Source: Camelus dromedarius (Eukaryota). Taken from it: a DNA stretch of 64,000 nt. Shown here piece by piece: positions 35,255 to 46,350 of this stretch. Position 1 is the first letter of the stretch, and the number at the start of each line of letters is the position of its first letter. The DNA lies in contig NC_087436.1 in the NCBI RefSeq assembly GCF_036321535.1, positions 82,646,001 to 82,710,000 on the forward strand, in the 5' to 3' direction. Both the position numbers and the translations under genes were made by a program. Under the pieces are notes generated by a model, which saw only the letters and a list, made by a program, of their open reading frames with translations, did no database searches and had not been told where the DNA came from.

Positions 35255-35680
35255 TTTTTTTTTAAATAGCTTTTTTGAGATATAATTCACGTGTCTACTT
35301 CACCCACTTGAAGTATACTGTTCAATGGTTTTTAGTATATTTACCAAGTTATACAACACTCACCAATATCCATCTTAGAACATTTTTCATTACCTCCAAA
35401 ATTCACCCCTTATCTGTCACCCCAACCTCTCATCTCTCCCATTTATTTGCTTTCTGTCTCTGTAGAGTTGCCTTTTTGAATGTTTCATATGTTCATGGAA
35501 TCATCCAATATATGGTGTTTTGTACCTAACTTCTTTCACTCAGTAGAATGTTTTTAAGGTTCCTCTACTTTGTAGCATGTATTGGTACTTCATTCCTTTT
35601 TGTGGCTGAATAATATTCCATTGTATGGGTATCATACATTTTATTTATCCAGTCATCAGTTGAAAGACATTTGGATGAGT
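35255..35680 (-). mobile_element. L1MB-type 3' end just upstream of DMP1 exon 2
   Basis: Tn-AAATAGCTTTTTTGAGATATAATTCAC...GGCTGAATAATATTCCATTGTATGG. Confidence 0.85.
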
Positions 35681-35789
35681 TTTTTTTTTTAATGGAAAGA
35701 AAATGTTAAAAAGTTGAAGCTCCTATATTTCTTTAGCATGAAGAAAACCCCTTCTGTTTTTCATCACAGGTAGAGAGATGTACACGGCT

Positions 35790-35843
35790 ATGAAGACCAG
35801 CATCCTGCTTATGTTCCTGTGGGGATTGTCCTGTGCTCTTCCA
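35790..35843 (+). CDS. DMP1: DMP1 exon 2 coding part (exon starts 35770): MKTSILLMFLWGLSCALP
   Basis: 18 codons; acceptor CACAG| at 35769, donor GTAAGT at 35844; typical DMP1 signal peptide. Confidence 0.97.
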
Positions 35844-36074
35844 GTAAGTACCAGGATAGGATGTATTTTTAAAAAACCATTTATACCTACAGCTCAACAA
35901 TTTTCATTGGCTACAAGCCAAGAGGGTTGTGTGTGTATGTTCTCATTGGATGAAAATAGTAGCTTCTTAGGAAGCTCTTTTCTTTAAAATATCATCCAAA
36001 TTATCCCTTATCCTGTTCAGTTGCCATTCATAGAACTATGATTCTCATTTTCCTTCCTCAAAAGATTTCTGAAA

Positions 36075-36252
36075 GTGTCATCCCCAGACCAGCGTTGGCA
36101 TCAACTAGGACCTTGTGAGAAACGTAAATTCTCAGGCCCAACCTCAGACCTGCGGAGCCAGCCTGTCCAGGGAGGGATGGGGCACAGCAGTCTGTGTTTT
36201 AACAAGGCCTCCAGCTGCTTCTGGCGCATGCTAAGATTTGACTGCTACTGCT
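36075..36252. mobile_element. MER5A-type element
   Basis: AAATTCTCAGGCCCAACCTCAGACC...TCTGTGTTTTAACAAGGCCTCCAG. Confidence 0.75.
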
Positions 36253-36327
36253 CCTAAGTATGTGAAGTGTTAATAGTTGCTGCCTTGGAGGTTTTTATGG
36301 ACTGACCACATGTACTCAATTTTCTAG

Positions 36328-36375
36328 GTCGCCAAGCATCAAAATACTGAATCCAAGAGCTCTGAAGAATGGGAG
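36328..36375 (+). CDS. DMP1: DMP1 exon 3: VAKHQNTESKSSEEWE
   Basis: TTTCTAG|GTC...GAG|GTGAGT; 48 nt, phase 0; S-x-E kinase motif. Confidence 0.95.
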
Positions 36376-36819
36376 GTGAGTTAGAAATTAGAATTTTTGA
36401 AATATTTTAATTTTAATATTCATTTAATTTTAATATTCATTGAAAATTCACTGCAAATGTTGAAACTACTAAAGATTTAATGAACACATTCATAACCTAA
36501 GATTTGGTAGTGAGGGCTATAATTTCTAGTTCTTATAAGAAAATGTAGTACATATAATGCTTCCACTCCGACTTAATAATGTAATTTGGCAAGGAAGCAT
36601 TTTTCCCTTTAGCTTTATTTTCATGATGGGTCTGTACAGTAGTGCAAGGGGATGGATGACAGTGAACCAAGACCACCCTTGAAGGATTAGGACTAGAGAT
36701 CTGTTCTATCCGATGGCTGGTAGGCAGGAGGTCAAGTTCCAGAAGGTGAGAAAAGAAAGAATGAGAGGACACTATTACTGAGTGTTGACTCTGAATAACC
36801 TAATAGTTATCAACTCTCA

Positions 36820-37200
36820 ATAACTCAAGAGCCATTGCCAGGCACAGTTCTGTGAGCTTTATATGTATTAACTTTCTCAGTCTTCACAGTACCCCAGGGA
36901 AATAGGTGTTTTATTTATTTATTTGGTAGGGGAGGCAATTATGTTTATGTTTATTTATTTATATTTTTAATGGAGTACTGGGGATTGATCCCAGGACCTC
37001 ATGCATGCTAAGCATGCACTCTACCTCTGGGCTATACCCTACCCTCTTAGGTGTTGTATTTTATTCCCATTTTACAAATGAGAACTCTGAGACACAGAGA
37101 GTAACCTAGCCTGTCTAGGTTATATGGTTAATTAGTGTTAGAGCCAGACTTTGAGCCCAGGGCACTCTGGCTCCAGAGTTCATATTCTTTACCAGGGTGT
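36820..37200 (-). mobile_element. MIR SINE interrupted by a younger SINE
   Basis: TGCCAGGCACAGTTCTG...[SINE]...CCCATTTTACAAATGAG...TTTGAGCCCAGG. Confidence 0.75.
36911..37047 (-). mobile_element. Camelid Vic-type tRNA-derived SINE with 8-bp TSD
   Basis: Antisense GGGTATAGCCCAGAGGTAGAGTGCATGCTTAGCATGCATGAGGTCCTGGGATCAATCCCCAGTAC; TSD TAGGTGTT at 36903-36910 and 37048-37055. Confidence 0.9.
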
Positions 37201-37261
37201 TATATCCCTCTTAGGAAGGGGCCAGGTCTAGGAGGTCAGTGGGTTCTCAAGACTGGAACTA

Positions 37262-37577
37262 TAGTCATCACTCTGTATACAGGAGATTAGTTCCAGGACT
37301 CTCATGAGTACCAAAATCCATGGATGCTCAAGTCCCTTATATTAAAATGGCATAATATGTGCATGTAACCTGTGTACATCTTCATGTATACTTTAAATCA
37401 TCTCTAGATTATTTACAATACCTAATACATGTAAATGCGATGTAAATAGTTGCCAGAGTGCAGCAAATTCAAGTTTTATTATTTGAACCTTCTGGAGGTT
37501 TTTTGTTTTTTTAAATATTTTTGATCTGAGGTTAGTTGACTCCGTGGATGTGGAACCCAGATACGAAGGGCTGACTG
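37262..37577 (+). mobile_element. MER2/MER2B (Tigger-group) DNA transposon
   Basis: TIR-like ends with TA flanks; CAAAATCCATGGATGCTCAAGTCCCTTATA and TTTAAATCATCTCTAGATTA internal matches. Confidence 0.85.
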
Positions 37578-38439
37578 TACGAGTAAGTGTTAGAGTCCTA
37601 ACCTGAATCGGAGTGTTTTTCATTACCTTGTTTCCTGTTGGCTTTTCATATGATACAGCTTGGGCACAATACTACTAGTGGTGGCCAGATGTCAGAGGCC
37701 TGAGATGGGGTCCTGCCCCCGCCTGAGGCTGGACTAGGCATTGCAGGATTTCTTACATGCACTTTCATCAAGAGTGTCCTTAGGCTGCTTGATTTAAAAG
37801 CAGCCACCGTGGATCCTCTCTCTCATTCAGCCTGAGGACCACAAACGTGCTTTCTCAAGTCTATCCTTGGCACGAGAAAAATACCAATGTCTTGCTCCCT
37901 TCTACCCCTGAATTCCAAATGATAACTGACTGGAGTAGAGCCTGTCATTGTGCCTGCTGCCATGTCACAGGCAAAAACTTCCAGTGATTCCAGCTCCTTC
38001 CTCTGAGGAAATATTCCCAGCCCAGCATTGCTGAGCAGCTCGTGGAAGACATGCTGACAGCAGCTCCTCTCTGCTCTACTTTGCACCGTGGGCCTTCACA
38101 CCCATTGCTCAGTGGCTTTGAGTCACCTGGGAGTTGGGGATTTTGTCATGCTCAAGGGGAAGGGGGCGGGCAGATGGGGAGAGAGTGCTAGAGGTGGCTC
38201 AGGCATTCTTAGAGTTTTTATAAGATTAAAGAATGTAAAATAAATCAGAACTATGGCTAATTAAGTTTCAGATCTAGCATTTGTTATTTTGGTGAGCTTA
38301 TGTGACTCGAGAAAGGTTTAATGGCTTTTTCAATTCAGTTTTGTCTACTATTGAATTTTATACATTGGATATTCTCAAAATGGATCTTTGCTTTAGCTTA
38401 TATCATATTGAATAGTCCTTGAGATGCTTCCATAAGCAT

Positions 38440-38590
38440 TAGCCAATTTCATCCTCACAGCAACCATGTGGGATAAGCACAATGGTTGGTAATATTCTTT
38501 TTATGAATAAGAAACTGACATCAGGTGGGGGAAGTGAATTGTCCAAATTCACATCAAGTGGCCAACCATCACAGTTTACCTGAGACTTAG
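38440..38590 (-). mobile_element. MIR fragment
   Basis: CATCCTCACAGCAACC...AAGAAACTGAC...TTGTCCAAATTCACA. Confidence 0.55.
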
Positions 38591-38994
38591 AGGTTTCCAG
38601 GAACACAGGAATTTTAATGCTAACATCAAGACAGCTTTCAGGGCTAAAATCCAAGCCAAGGAGCTAATTGAGACTTAAATATGGATTTGTAATTTCCAAT
38701 GTTTTTCCTATCTTACATTTCCTCTAGGTTGTATATCTTTCTTCAAAGAAAGTGTATTTTTCTCTAAGTATCAGAAATACAAAAATCTTCCAGTTTTTTT
38801 ATATTGCAAGATCTTTTCAGGCCATTGGTCATCTAATATTCATGTTTTAGCCATTTTGTTATAAAATATCATTATTACTCATGTAAATGTAAAATACATA
38901 TCAATAAATTTAAATATCCCCAAATTATTCTAAATATTTGCAATGACATAATCCACCTATGAAGGAGTAACTTGTTTCCCTTCCTTTTTTACAG

Positions 38995-39027
38995 GATCAT
39001 TTGGCTCAGACACCAACACCACCTTTG
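38995..39027 (+). CDS. DMP1: DMP1 exon 4: DHLAQTPTPPL
   Basis: TTTTACAG|GAT...TTG|GTAACT; 33 nt, phase 0. Confidence 0.95.
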
Positions 39028-39213
39028 GTAACTATCTCATTTATTTTTTGTCATAAACATCTCATGGAGTAATTTTAACATTCTTCTCATCGTCTTAGAC
39101 CATTTGGAAAGTAGTAAATCCAAACCACAAGTGATTGAAGTGTGTCATATTTTTTTTCTTTCTTCAGGAATTACTAACATGAAAAATAAGCAACATTTTT
39201 TTTTTCTTTTTAG

Positions 39214-39261
39214 GAGAGCAGTGAGTCATCAGAAGAAAGTAAAGTTAGCTCAGAGGAACAG
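39214..39261 (+). CDS. DMP1: DMP1 exon 5: ESSESSEESKVSSEEQ
   Basis: Long T tract then TAG|GAG...CAG|GTAATT; 48 nt, phase 0. Confidence 0.95.
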
Positions 39262-41196
39262 GTAATTAAACCGACCTTTCTTAACTTTCCAGGCTCCTTA
39301 GGAATTGAAGGAAATGATGTTAGATTAAATTACCTGGCAACCGTTCTAAATATAATATTTTCTAAACTTTGGTTATGCTGGTTAAATAGTTCCATAAAAT
39401 AAGAAAGGAAAATGAGTGGGAGAATTCAGATGTGGACGTGCTATTCATTCCATATTTATCACTGGGGCCAGATTATAGACATAGTGGCTCTAAATGTCCC
39501 TCTGGTTAAAAAGAACACACATACACACACACACACACAAATGGTCATAGCCTCTGTTAGACAAGTAATAGCTCACTCATACATCTCAGATGTTGCTTTT
39601 ACAACTGGAGCAGCTCAGATCAGGTAGAAAAAAGTGTTCTGGTTAATGCGAAATACCTGCTGGGCCTGGAGACCTTCTCCATGCCCAGGATCCTGTTGGA
39701 GGAGAGCCCTGAGGAACCCTTAATGAGACAGCGGTCTTAGTAATGACTTTAAATTAGTCACATCTATGGCCTGCGAGCAGGAAAAGCTGACTTGGCTTAT
39801 GTTCCTTGGCTTTTTTTAGTGAAAAAAACTTACTTTCTTCCTTTTATCTTTTTCTCTCCATTCTCCCCTCCCCACCCCTCCCCCTTCTCCTCCTCCTCTT
39901 CCTTCTTCTCCTTCTTCTTTTCATTTTTCTGAGACTAAACATCATTGCTTTCATAGCTGTCCTATCATTTTGATCAAACTCAACCCTGTGGGGCTCCAGA
40001 CATTCTAGGAATGAGGTTTCTCCCCTGCAATTTTGACCCACATTGCATTTTATACTTAATCAGAGTTGGAAGATGAATTATTAAACTCTTTACCACTATT
40101 GACTAAAGATTTGTCAGAGGAACATTTTATAAATTTATTAGCATAGGACTGGGGAAATGTTCTTTTCTGGGGACATTGTGATTGTTCTCTAAGCTCTCAA
40201 ATGAAGGGTATGATACCTGCCTATGGAGATGTAGAAAGCTAAATAGATGCTCAGCTCCAGTGTATCAGCGTACACTCTAGCAATGGAAAAAGGTGTCATC
40301 ACCCTGTTCTCCCGATTGGAAACTCACACATTGATGAGTAAGAACATGTGGGAAAAGAAAAATAAGGTTGGCAAGAATGTTCTGTTACAGGGTTGGCAAG
40401 AATGTTCTGTTACAGGGTATGGAAGAGGTATTTCCAGAGCATAATGAATGAAGGCTCACTATCCTTCCTTATCTGAGTAGAGCATCCAATTGTTTTATTT
40501 GCAGGGATCATCTCTCTGAGCTCACACTTGGAACTAAGCTGCCTTGGTGGTCACACTAGTGGCAGTCTTTCAGCCAAACCTTTTACAGGCAACTCTCTGC
40601 CTGTGCGAATGAGGTATACACCTTACTACAGTGTTATACCTTCATGGTTTGGTTGAGATATATATCTGAGTATATGTACCTTTGTTTGAGTATATGTGTT
40701 ATACTTTCATTTTAGCTAAAAGTTTCATCCTTCTACCCAAATACATTTTTTTCCTCCAGAGTTTATTAGAAAAAAAAATTTTGAGTCACTTAAAAATCAC
40801 CCAATATTTTTTAAAACTTCTGTCTTAAACCAAACAATTTGATGAGTGAGCATTATAAACAAGCTCTTTAATTTACAAAACATTCTCTGAAAGTTTCCTT
40901 TAAGGAATCATACTTACAATGTGACTTGAGTTTCAAAAAAATGTGATTTCTATAAAGCTTTTTTGAGAACAATTTTACGGATTGAATGAATTATATAAAA
41001 CAGAATGACCTGACTTTCCACTTCTCTTCCATCCTTTTTAAACATCTGGTTGAGATATTATTGAGCCATAAAATTGACCATGATATAGATGAAGGACATA
41101 GGAAGAAGAAAGCAAAAAAAGCCTAGATGGCATTAGATGACACCCTCTGCATCAACTCCTGGAGTACTGACCATGTCTGTTAACCCCAAACTCCAG

Positions 41197-42573
41197 GCAA
41201 ATGAAGACCCCAGTGACAGCACAGAATCAGAGGAAGGCCTGAGCCTTGATGATCATCAGTACATTCATAGACCAGCTGGTGGCCTCTCTAGTAGTGGAGG
41301 AAAAGAAGGAGATGATAAAGATGATGATGAAGATGAGAGTGGAGATGACACCTTTGGTGATGATGACAGTGGCCCAGGCCCTGCAGAGAGACAAGGTGGG
41401 GACTCCAGACTTGGAAGTGATGAAGACTCAGCTGACACCACACAATCCAGGGAAGATAGTACCCCACAAGGGGAAGACAGTGCCCAAGATACCACCAGCG
41501 AGAGCAGGGACCTTGACGACGAAGGCGAGGTGAACAGCAGGCCTGAGGGAGGTGACTCCACACCAGAGAGCGAGAGTGAGGAGCACTGGGTGGGAGGTGG
41601 CAGTGAGGGGGAGAGTAGCCATGGGGATGGCTCTGAGTTTGACGATGAAGGAATGCAGAGCGATGACCCAGGCACCTTCAGGAGTGAGAGGAGCAGCTCC
41701 AGAATAAACAGTGCCAGTGTCAAATCCAAAGAATTGAAAGAGAATGATGAGGAGCAAGCAAACACGCAGGACACCCATGACAGCCAATCCCGGGAGTCTC
41801 CCAGTAGGAAATTTTTCAGAAAGTCTCGCATTTCTGAGGAAGGTGGCAGAGGTGACCTGGATGATAACTACACTATGGAAGAAGTCCAGAGTGACTCCAC
41901 AGAAAACCCCGACTCCAAAGAAGCTGGCCTCAGCCAAACCAGGGAACACAGCAAGAGTGACAAACAGGAGAGCGAGGAGAATCGGTCCCCGGAAGACAGT
42001 CAGAATGTCCAAGATCCCAGCAGTGAGTCTAGTCAAGAGGTTGACCTGCCTTCTCAAGAAAGCAGTAGTGAATCTCAGGAAGAGGTAGCAGGTGAGCCCA
42101 GGGGGGACAATCCTGATAACATCACCAGTCCCTCAGAAGAGAATCAGGAAGAGAGTGACTCCAGTGAGGAGAACAGCTTGGATAAACCCTCCAATTCAGA
42201 AAGCAAATCCAGAGAGGAGCAAGCTGACAGCGAATCCAATGAGAGCCTCAACTCCAAGGAAAGCCCGGAGACCACGGAAGAGGAGAACAGTTCTAGCCAG
42301 GAGGGCCTCCAGTCTGACAGTGCCTCAGCAGAGACCAAGAGCCGGGAGAGCCAGTCCGAGCAGGACAGCCCATCTGAGGAGGACGATGGCAGTGATTCTC
42401 AGGACAGCAGCATATCCCAAGAAGAGAGCAATTCTACTGAGAGCGTGTCAAGCAGTGAGGAAGACGGCCAGTCAAAAACCACTGAGATAGACAGCAGAAA
42501 ACTAACAGTGGATGCTTATCACAACAAACCCATCGGGGATCAAGATGACAACGACTGCCAAGACGGTTATTAG
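41197..42573 (+). CDS. DMP1: DMP1 exon 6 coding part (total protein 519 aa)
   Basis: CTCCAG|GCAAATGAA in frame with ORF 41137-42573; ends with the conserved RKLTVDAYHNKPIGDQDDNDCQDGY*. Confidence 0.98.
   Translation, partial: ANEDPSDSTESEEGLSLDDHQYIHRPAGGLSSSGGKEGDDKDDDEDESGDDTFGDDDSGPGPAERQGGDSRLGSDEDSADTTQSREDSTPQGEDSAQDTTSESRDLDDEGEVNSRPEGGDSTPESESEEHWVGGGSEGESSHGDGSEFDDEGMQSDDPGTFRSERSSSRINSASVKSKELKENDEEQANTQDTHDSQSRESPSRKFFRKSRISEEGGRGDLDDNYTMEEVQSDSTENPDSKEAGLSQTREHSKSDKQESEENRSPEDSQNVQDPSSESSQEVDLPSQESSSESQEEVAGEPRGDNPDNITSPSEENQEESDSSEENSLDKPSNSESKSREEQADSESNESLNSKESPETTEEENSSSQEGLQSDSASAETKSRESQSEQDSPSEEDDGSDSQDSSISQEESNSTESVSSSEEDGQSKTTEIDSRKLTVDAYHNKPIGDQDDNDCQDGY
41338..41343 (+). 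other. DMP1: Ser-Gly GAG attachment site of the DMP1 N-terminal fragment (DEDESGDDTF)
   Basis: AGT GGA in the conserved acidic context. Confidence 0.75.
41653..41670 (+). other. DMP1: BMP1/tolloid cleavage motif MQS|DDP
   Basis: ATG CAG AGC GAT GAC CCA in frame. Confidence 0.92.
42100..42108 (+). other. DMP1: Canonical RGD of DMP1 (PRGDNPD)
   Basis: AGG GGG GAC in frame. Confidence 0.92.
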
Positions 42574-42864
42574 CATCGGCTTTCCTGAGTGGTTCTCACC
42601 TGCTGAAGTCCTAGGGATTGGAGACGAGGGAAATCATTATAACTGTAATTTATTGATGTTTTCATCAGAAGAATAACCAGAGGCCATTTCTTTCTGAAAG
42701 GAAATGTTGAACACTATACTTGTTTCTAGGGTGCCAAGCCACAGAGGTTTACATAACGGGGAGTGACACTAGATCACACTCAATGAGACTAGAAGCAAGG
42801 AAAGATGTACATTGTAGCGTCACAGCTTCACAGTCGTTCCAAACTCGTTAACCTAACAAACAGT

Positions 42865-42960
42865 GATTGAGGTTCTATTATGTACCAGGCACTGTGCTAG
42901 GTGCTGGGGATATAAAATTTAAGACTTGTTTCTTGCTCCTGAGGAGCTTACAGAGGGATA
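42865..42960 (-). mobile_element. L2 fragment inside the DMP1 3' UTR
   Basis: CTATTATGTACCAGGCACTGTGCTAGGTGCTGGGGATA...GAGGAGCTTACA. Confidence 0.75.
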
Positions 42961-43579
42961 CATAAAGTTAAAGAGGGACACAGATGAGGAAAAGAAGAAT
43001 TATTACAATCCAGTGCAGTGAGCGCTATCACAGAGACGTGAACAAAACATACGCGAGCACAGAAGAGGGGACCACCTTCGCCTTGGAGAATCAAAGAGGC
43101 CTTCACAGCAGAAAAGACACTGGCAGAAGAGTATTGCATAGCATTTCTCCATTTAAGACCAGATAGTTCTACTTACTCTTGGTATAAGCAATAGAAAATC
43201 CTATATGAATAAATATTTAGTGTGTGAAAGGGTTTTCAGATTATGACACTGAGAGTTGTTTTGGATAAGAAAAACTTTTTTTTTTCCAACTAATTTATCC
43301 TTTTCGATATATTTGGTGGAACTCCCATGAACGTCTCCTCCCTGACCACTGGTGAGGATACGGAGGGTGGGTGGGGGAGAACAGAAAAAAGAAATTCCTC
43401 TTTAAATCAACAACTTTTAGCTTAATTTTTTTTCTAAAATCAGCCTATGTGCAATGTTACAAAAACTATTCTGAGTCCTTCACCTGTGTTGCACATAGCA
43501 AAATTGTGTGTATAGAATTCAAATGATTTTTACAAAACACTCTTTGAAATGTTACCTCAACATAAAATATTTGTTTTGT

Positions 43580-43585
43580 AATAAA
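43580..43585 (+). terminator. DMP1: DMP1 polyadenylation signal AATAAA
   Basis: TTTGTAATAAACATAA about 1 kb after the stop, matching the expected 3' UTR length. Confidence 0.7.
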
Positions 43586-44687
43586 CATAATAACATCCAG
43601 AAGTATGTGCTTATTTTTATAGTGATGTTGATTATTAAGATATATTTATATTAAACAACTCTTCCTTTTAAACATGGTATAATAATTTATTAGCTTTGTC
43701 CCATTAAGACAAAAGATTGTCTTAAATTGTTTCCTGAAATTTTCATTTTGTTTATAACTCAGGTAGAATTTTGATACAATTACTTTACCTGTTGACGATG
43801 ACATTTCACTAAATAGACCTGTTATAGGTAAGGATGCAAAGGAAGCAAACTCAGCTTTTGTATAAAGCCATGCCAAGTAGCTCTTGCTGGTCTCTCAGAC
43901 TGTCATTCGTGTAAACCCCGGGAACTACAGGGATACACATTCCCTATATTTTATTTCTTTGAAGGAAACTACTTTACCTCAGCACTTCCACTTTTCAAAC
44001 GTGCTTTCACAACAATGCCAGTAGAGCACACCAAAATTCCCCTACAAATACATTAAGAGAATTAAGACTTTCTTCAGTCTGAGCCTTCCCATCCTTCACA
44101 TAGCTCTGTCCCTCACAAGGTCAAAGGTGTGGTCACTAGGGGAGACAAAATATATATAGTTTTCTCTTCCTTCCTTTGGAGATTTTAATTCAGTAGATAA
44201 GGAATAAAACCCCAAGTTTTGTATTTTCAAAATGATCCCGGGAGATTCTGATGTAGCCCATCTGCATACCTACATTTGGGTCTTCTGGCTGTTTGGATTA
44301 ATTATCCAGCTTTATTAACTGACAGGATCCCACCAACCCCCAGCTTCTTCTGAGGAGAACTGTCCATGCTCAGACTCTCATTCCTGGAAAGTGCTCAAAA
44401 GGGCCATAATCAAGTCTTGCCCCAGTGACCTTTATTTATCTAAGCTTATTAGAGCGAATCCACTCTTCTTTAAATGGCTCATACTTTCTTTGTATAGAAT
44501 AGTACAGTCAAACTGGTTGTCATGGAGTCCTGCTGGTCTGGGAGCCATTCTGTCTCCTGCAGATGATTTTGCATATCTATGTAGACCTTAAAATTTAGCT
44601 CCTTAATGACAATCTTACTTTACTCCTCTTAGTTCTGTGACTCCCAAACAAATACAAATCGGTGGTTTCCAACTCTTAGCATTTCCC

Positions 44688-45160
44688 CATTGACTCATTC
44701 AGACATTTATGGAGCACATCTTATGATCCAGGCATCTGGGATATACAAGGATGAATGAGATGTGATTTCTGCCCTTAAGAAGCTCATCATCTATGGCAGA
44801 ATCAAAGATGTATCCACTGTGCTGATGGCTAGAGCAGTGCTAGGGCTCTAATTAAAGTTCTATGGGTACACATGGGGGGAGCAATTCATCTGTTTAGGGA
44901 GTGGAGGTGTACTGGGTCAACGTGGGTGGACCTTGGAGAGTGAATAAGAAAAAAAGGAGACAAGCACATTCCAGGCAGAGGGAACAGAGAAGTAAATATA
45001 GAGAGCTGTTTATAGCATGTTAAGCTATGATATTAAAAACCCAGTCTCACCAAAGCATTTGGAAGAGAGGAAGAGGGAAGGGAAGTGATAAGACAAGAGA
45101 CTGGAAAAGTGGGTTGGGATCTAAGGTGAAGGCCTCTGAGCACCAGATTAAGGAGAACAG
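44688..45160 (-). mobile_element. L2 LINE fragment
   Basis: CATTCAGACATTTATGGAGCAC...GCACATTCCAGGCAGAGGGAACAG. Confidence 0.75.
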
Positions 45161-45512
45161 ACTTCATTTTTATGATGTACCTTCCTGGCATCAGGTTCTC
45201 ATGTATTATAGATGAGATATCACAAACATCTTTAAGACAGACGTTACAAACTCTACCTCTTTAAAAACACATGAAAGATAAAGAAGAGCAAATGAAGCAC
45301 AGACAAGCTATGCTAATTGTTCCAATTTAAAATCCAAAAGCCTGGATTCCATTTCAGTTCGATGATGAGCCAATGAAAATTTTAAGCATTGGAGTAACAT
45401 TCATGAATATGTGAGTATGGCCTTATCTGTTTGAAATATAAGCAAAGGAAATGCTATATTCTGTAGTTGTCACCGGCATATAAAGAACCCAAGAGACTCT
45501 CAGTCATTTTCT

Positions 45513-45811
45513 TTCCTTTCTGTTTTTTTTGGTGCAGAATTTGTCACCTTCTAACATAGTATGTACTTTAAAAAAAAATGTTTTTTAAAGTATAGTCGAT
45601 TTACAATGTTGTGTTAGTTTCTGGTGTAGAGCACGGTCATTTGGTTATACATGTATATTCTTTTCCATTGTAGGTTATTATAAAATATTGAATACAGTCC
45701 CCTGTGCTGTACAGTAAGACCTTGTTATTTATCTATTTTATATATAGTAGTTAGTATCTGCAAATCCTGAACTCCCAATTTATCCCTCCCCCTTTCTTTC
45801 TCCTCTGGTAA
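45513..45811 (-). mobile_element. Truncated L1 3' end (~45582-45811) plus extra 3' sequence, all within a 13-bp TSD
   Basis: TCAGTCATTTTCT at 45500-45512 and 45812-45824; L1 tail AAGTATAGTCGATTTACAATGTTGTG...GAACTCCCAATTTATCCCTCC. Confidence 0.8.
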
Positions 45812-45999
45812 TCAGTCATTTTCTAATGGCTTGTTTTCCTAGACCTGTTATTTTGAAAGGACCCCTTTTAGCGGAGAAATTCATTCTTACTTCCCGCAAA
45901 ATTTCCCATGAGATATATATCACAGTGAAGATTACTATTGAAGATTTTGTAAAAAGAAATACCACAGTGACACTGAAGAAGCTAGCAATACTGATGTCC

Positions 46000-46350
46000 G
46001 AAAAGGAAGCTTATACTGAAGTCATTAGTAAACATGGCTTAATGTGCAGCAGAACTCATTCAGCCTGGAAGCCACTGATTCTACCACAAAGCACTAGGTG
46101 CTGTGGCTTGTACTGCTCATCCCACTGGTAATGACTCTAGATGCTGCCAGTAACATTGGTACTGCAATAACACTGGTACTGCTGACCCCAGCTGTCCCTG
46201 CTGCCGGCGACCATTCTTCATGGGCCCTGCTTCATTGTATCATGGGTTCTCAATTCAAAGTTCATGGTGGATGCATAAAGCTGTTGGAACCTATACCAAG
46301 TGCCTGGGCACTAGTTACAGGGGGCCCTAGAAAGCAAGCATCTCTCATTT
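46000..46350. mobile_element. Ancient MLT1K/L-like LTR remnant
   Basis: AGAAAGCAAGCATCTCTCATTTTCAGTTTCTG resembles late MLT1 LTRs; boundaries poor. Confidence 0.35.

Noticed and set aside
41137-41196. Apparent ATG start and 20-aa extension of the 478-aa DMP1 ORF
   Set aside because: Intron 5 sequence; the true acceptor is CTCCAG at 41196, and the AG at 41135 has no pyrimidine tract.
41246-42490. Overlapping sense and antisense ORFs over DMP1 exon 6
   Set aside because: Shadow frames of a low-complexity Ser/Glu/Asp exon.
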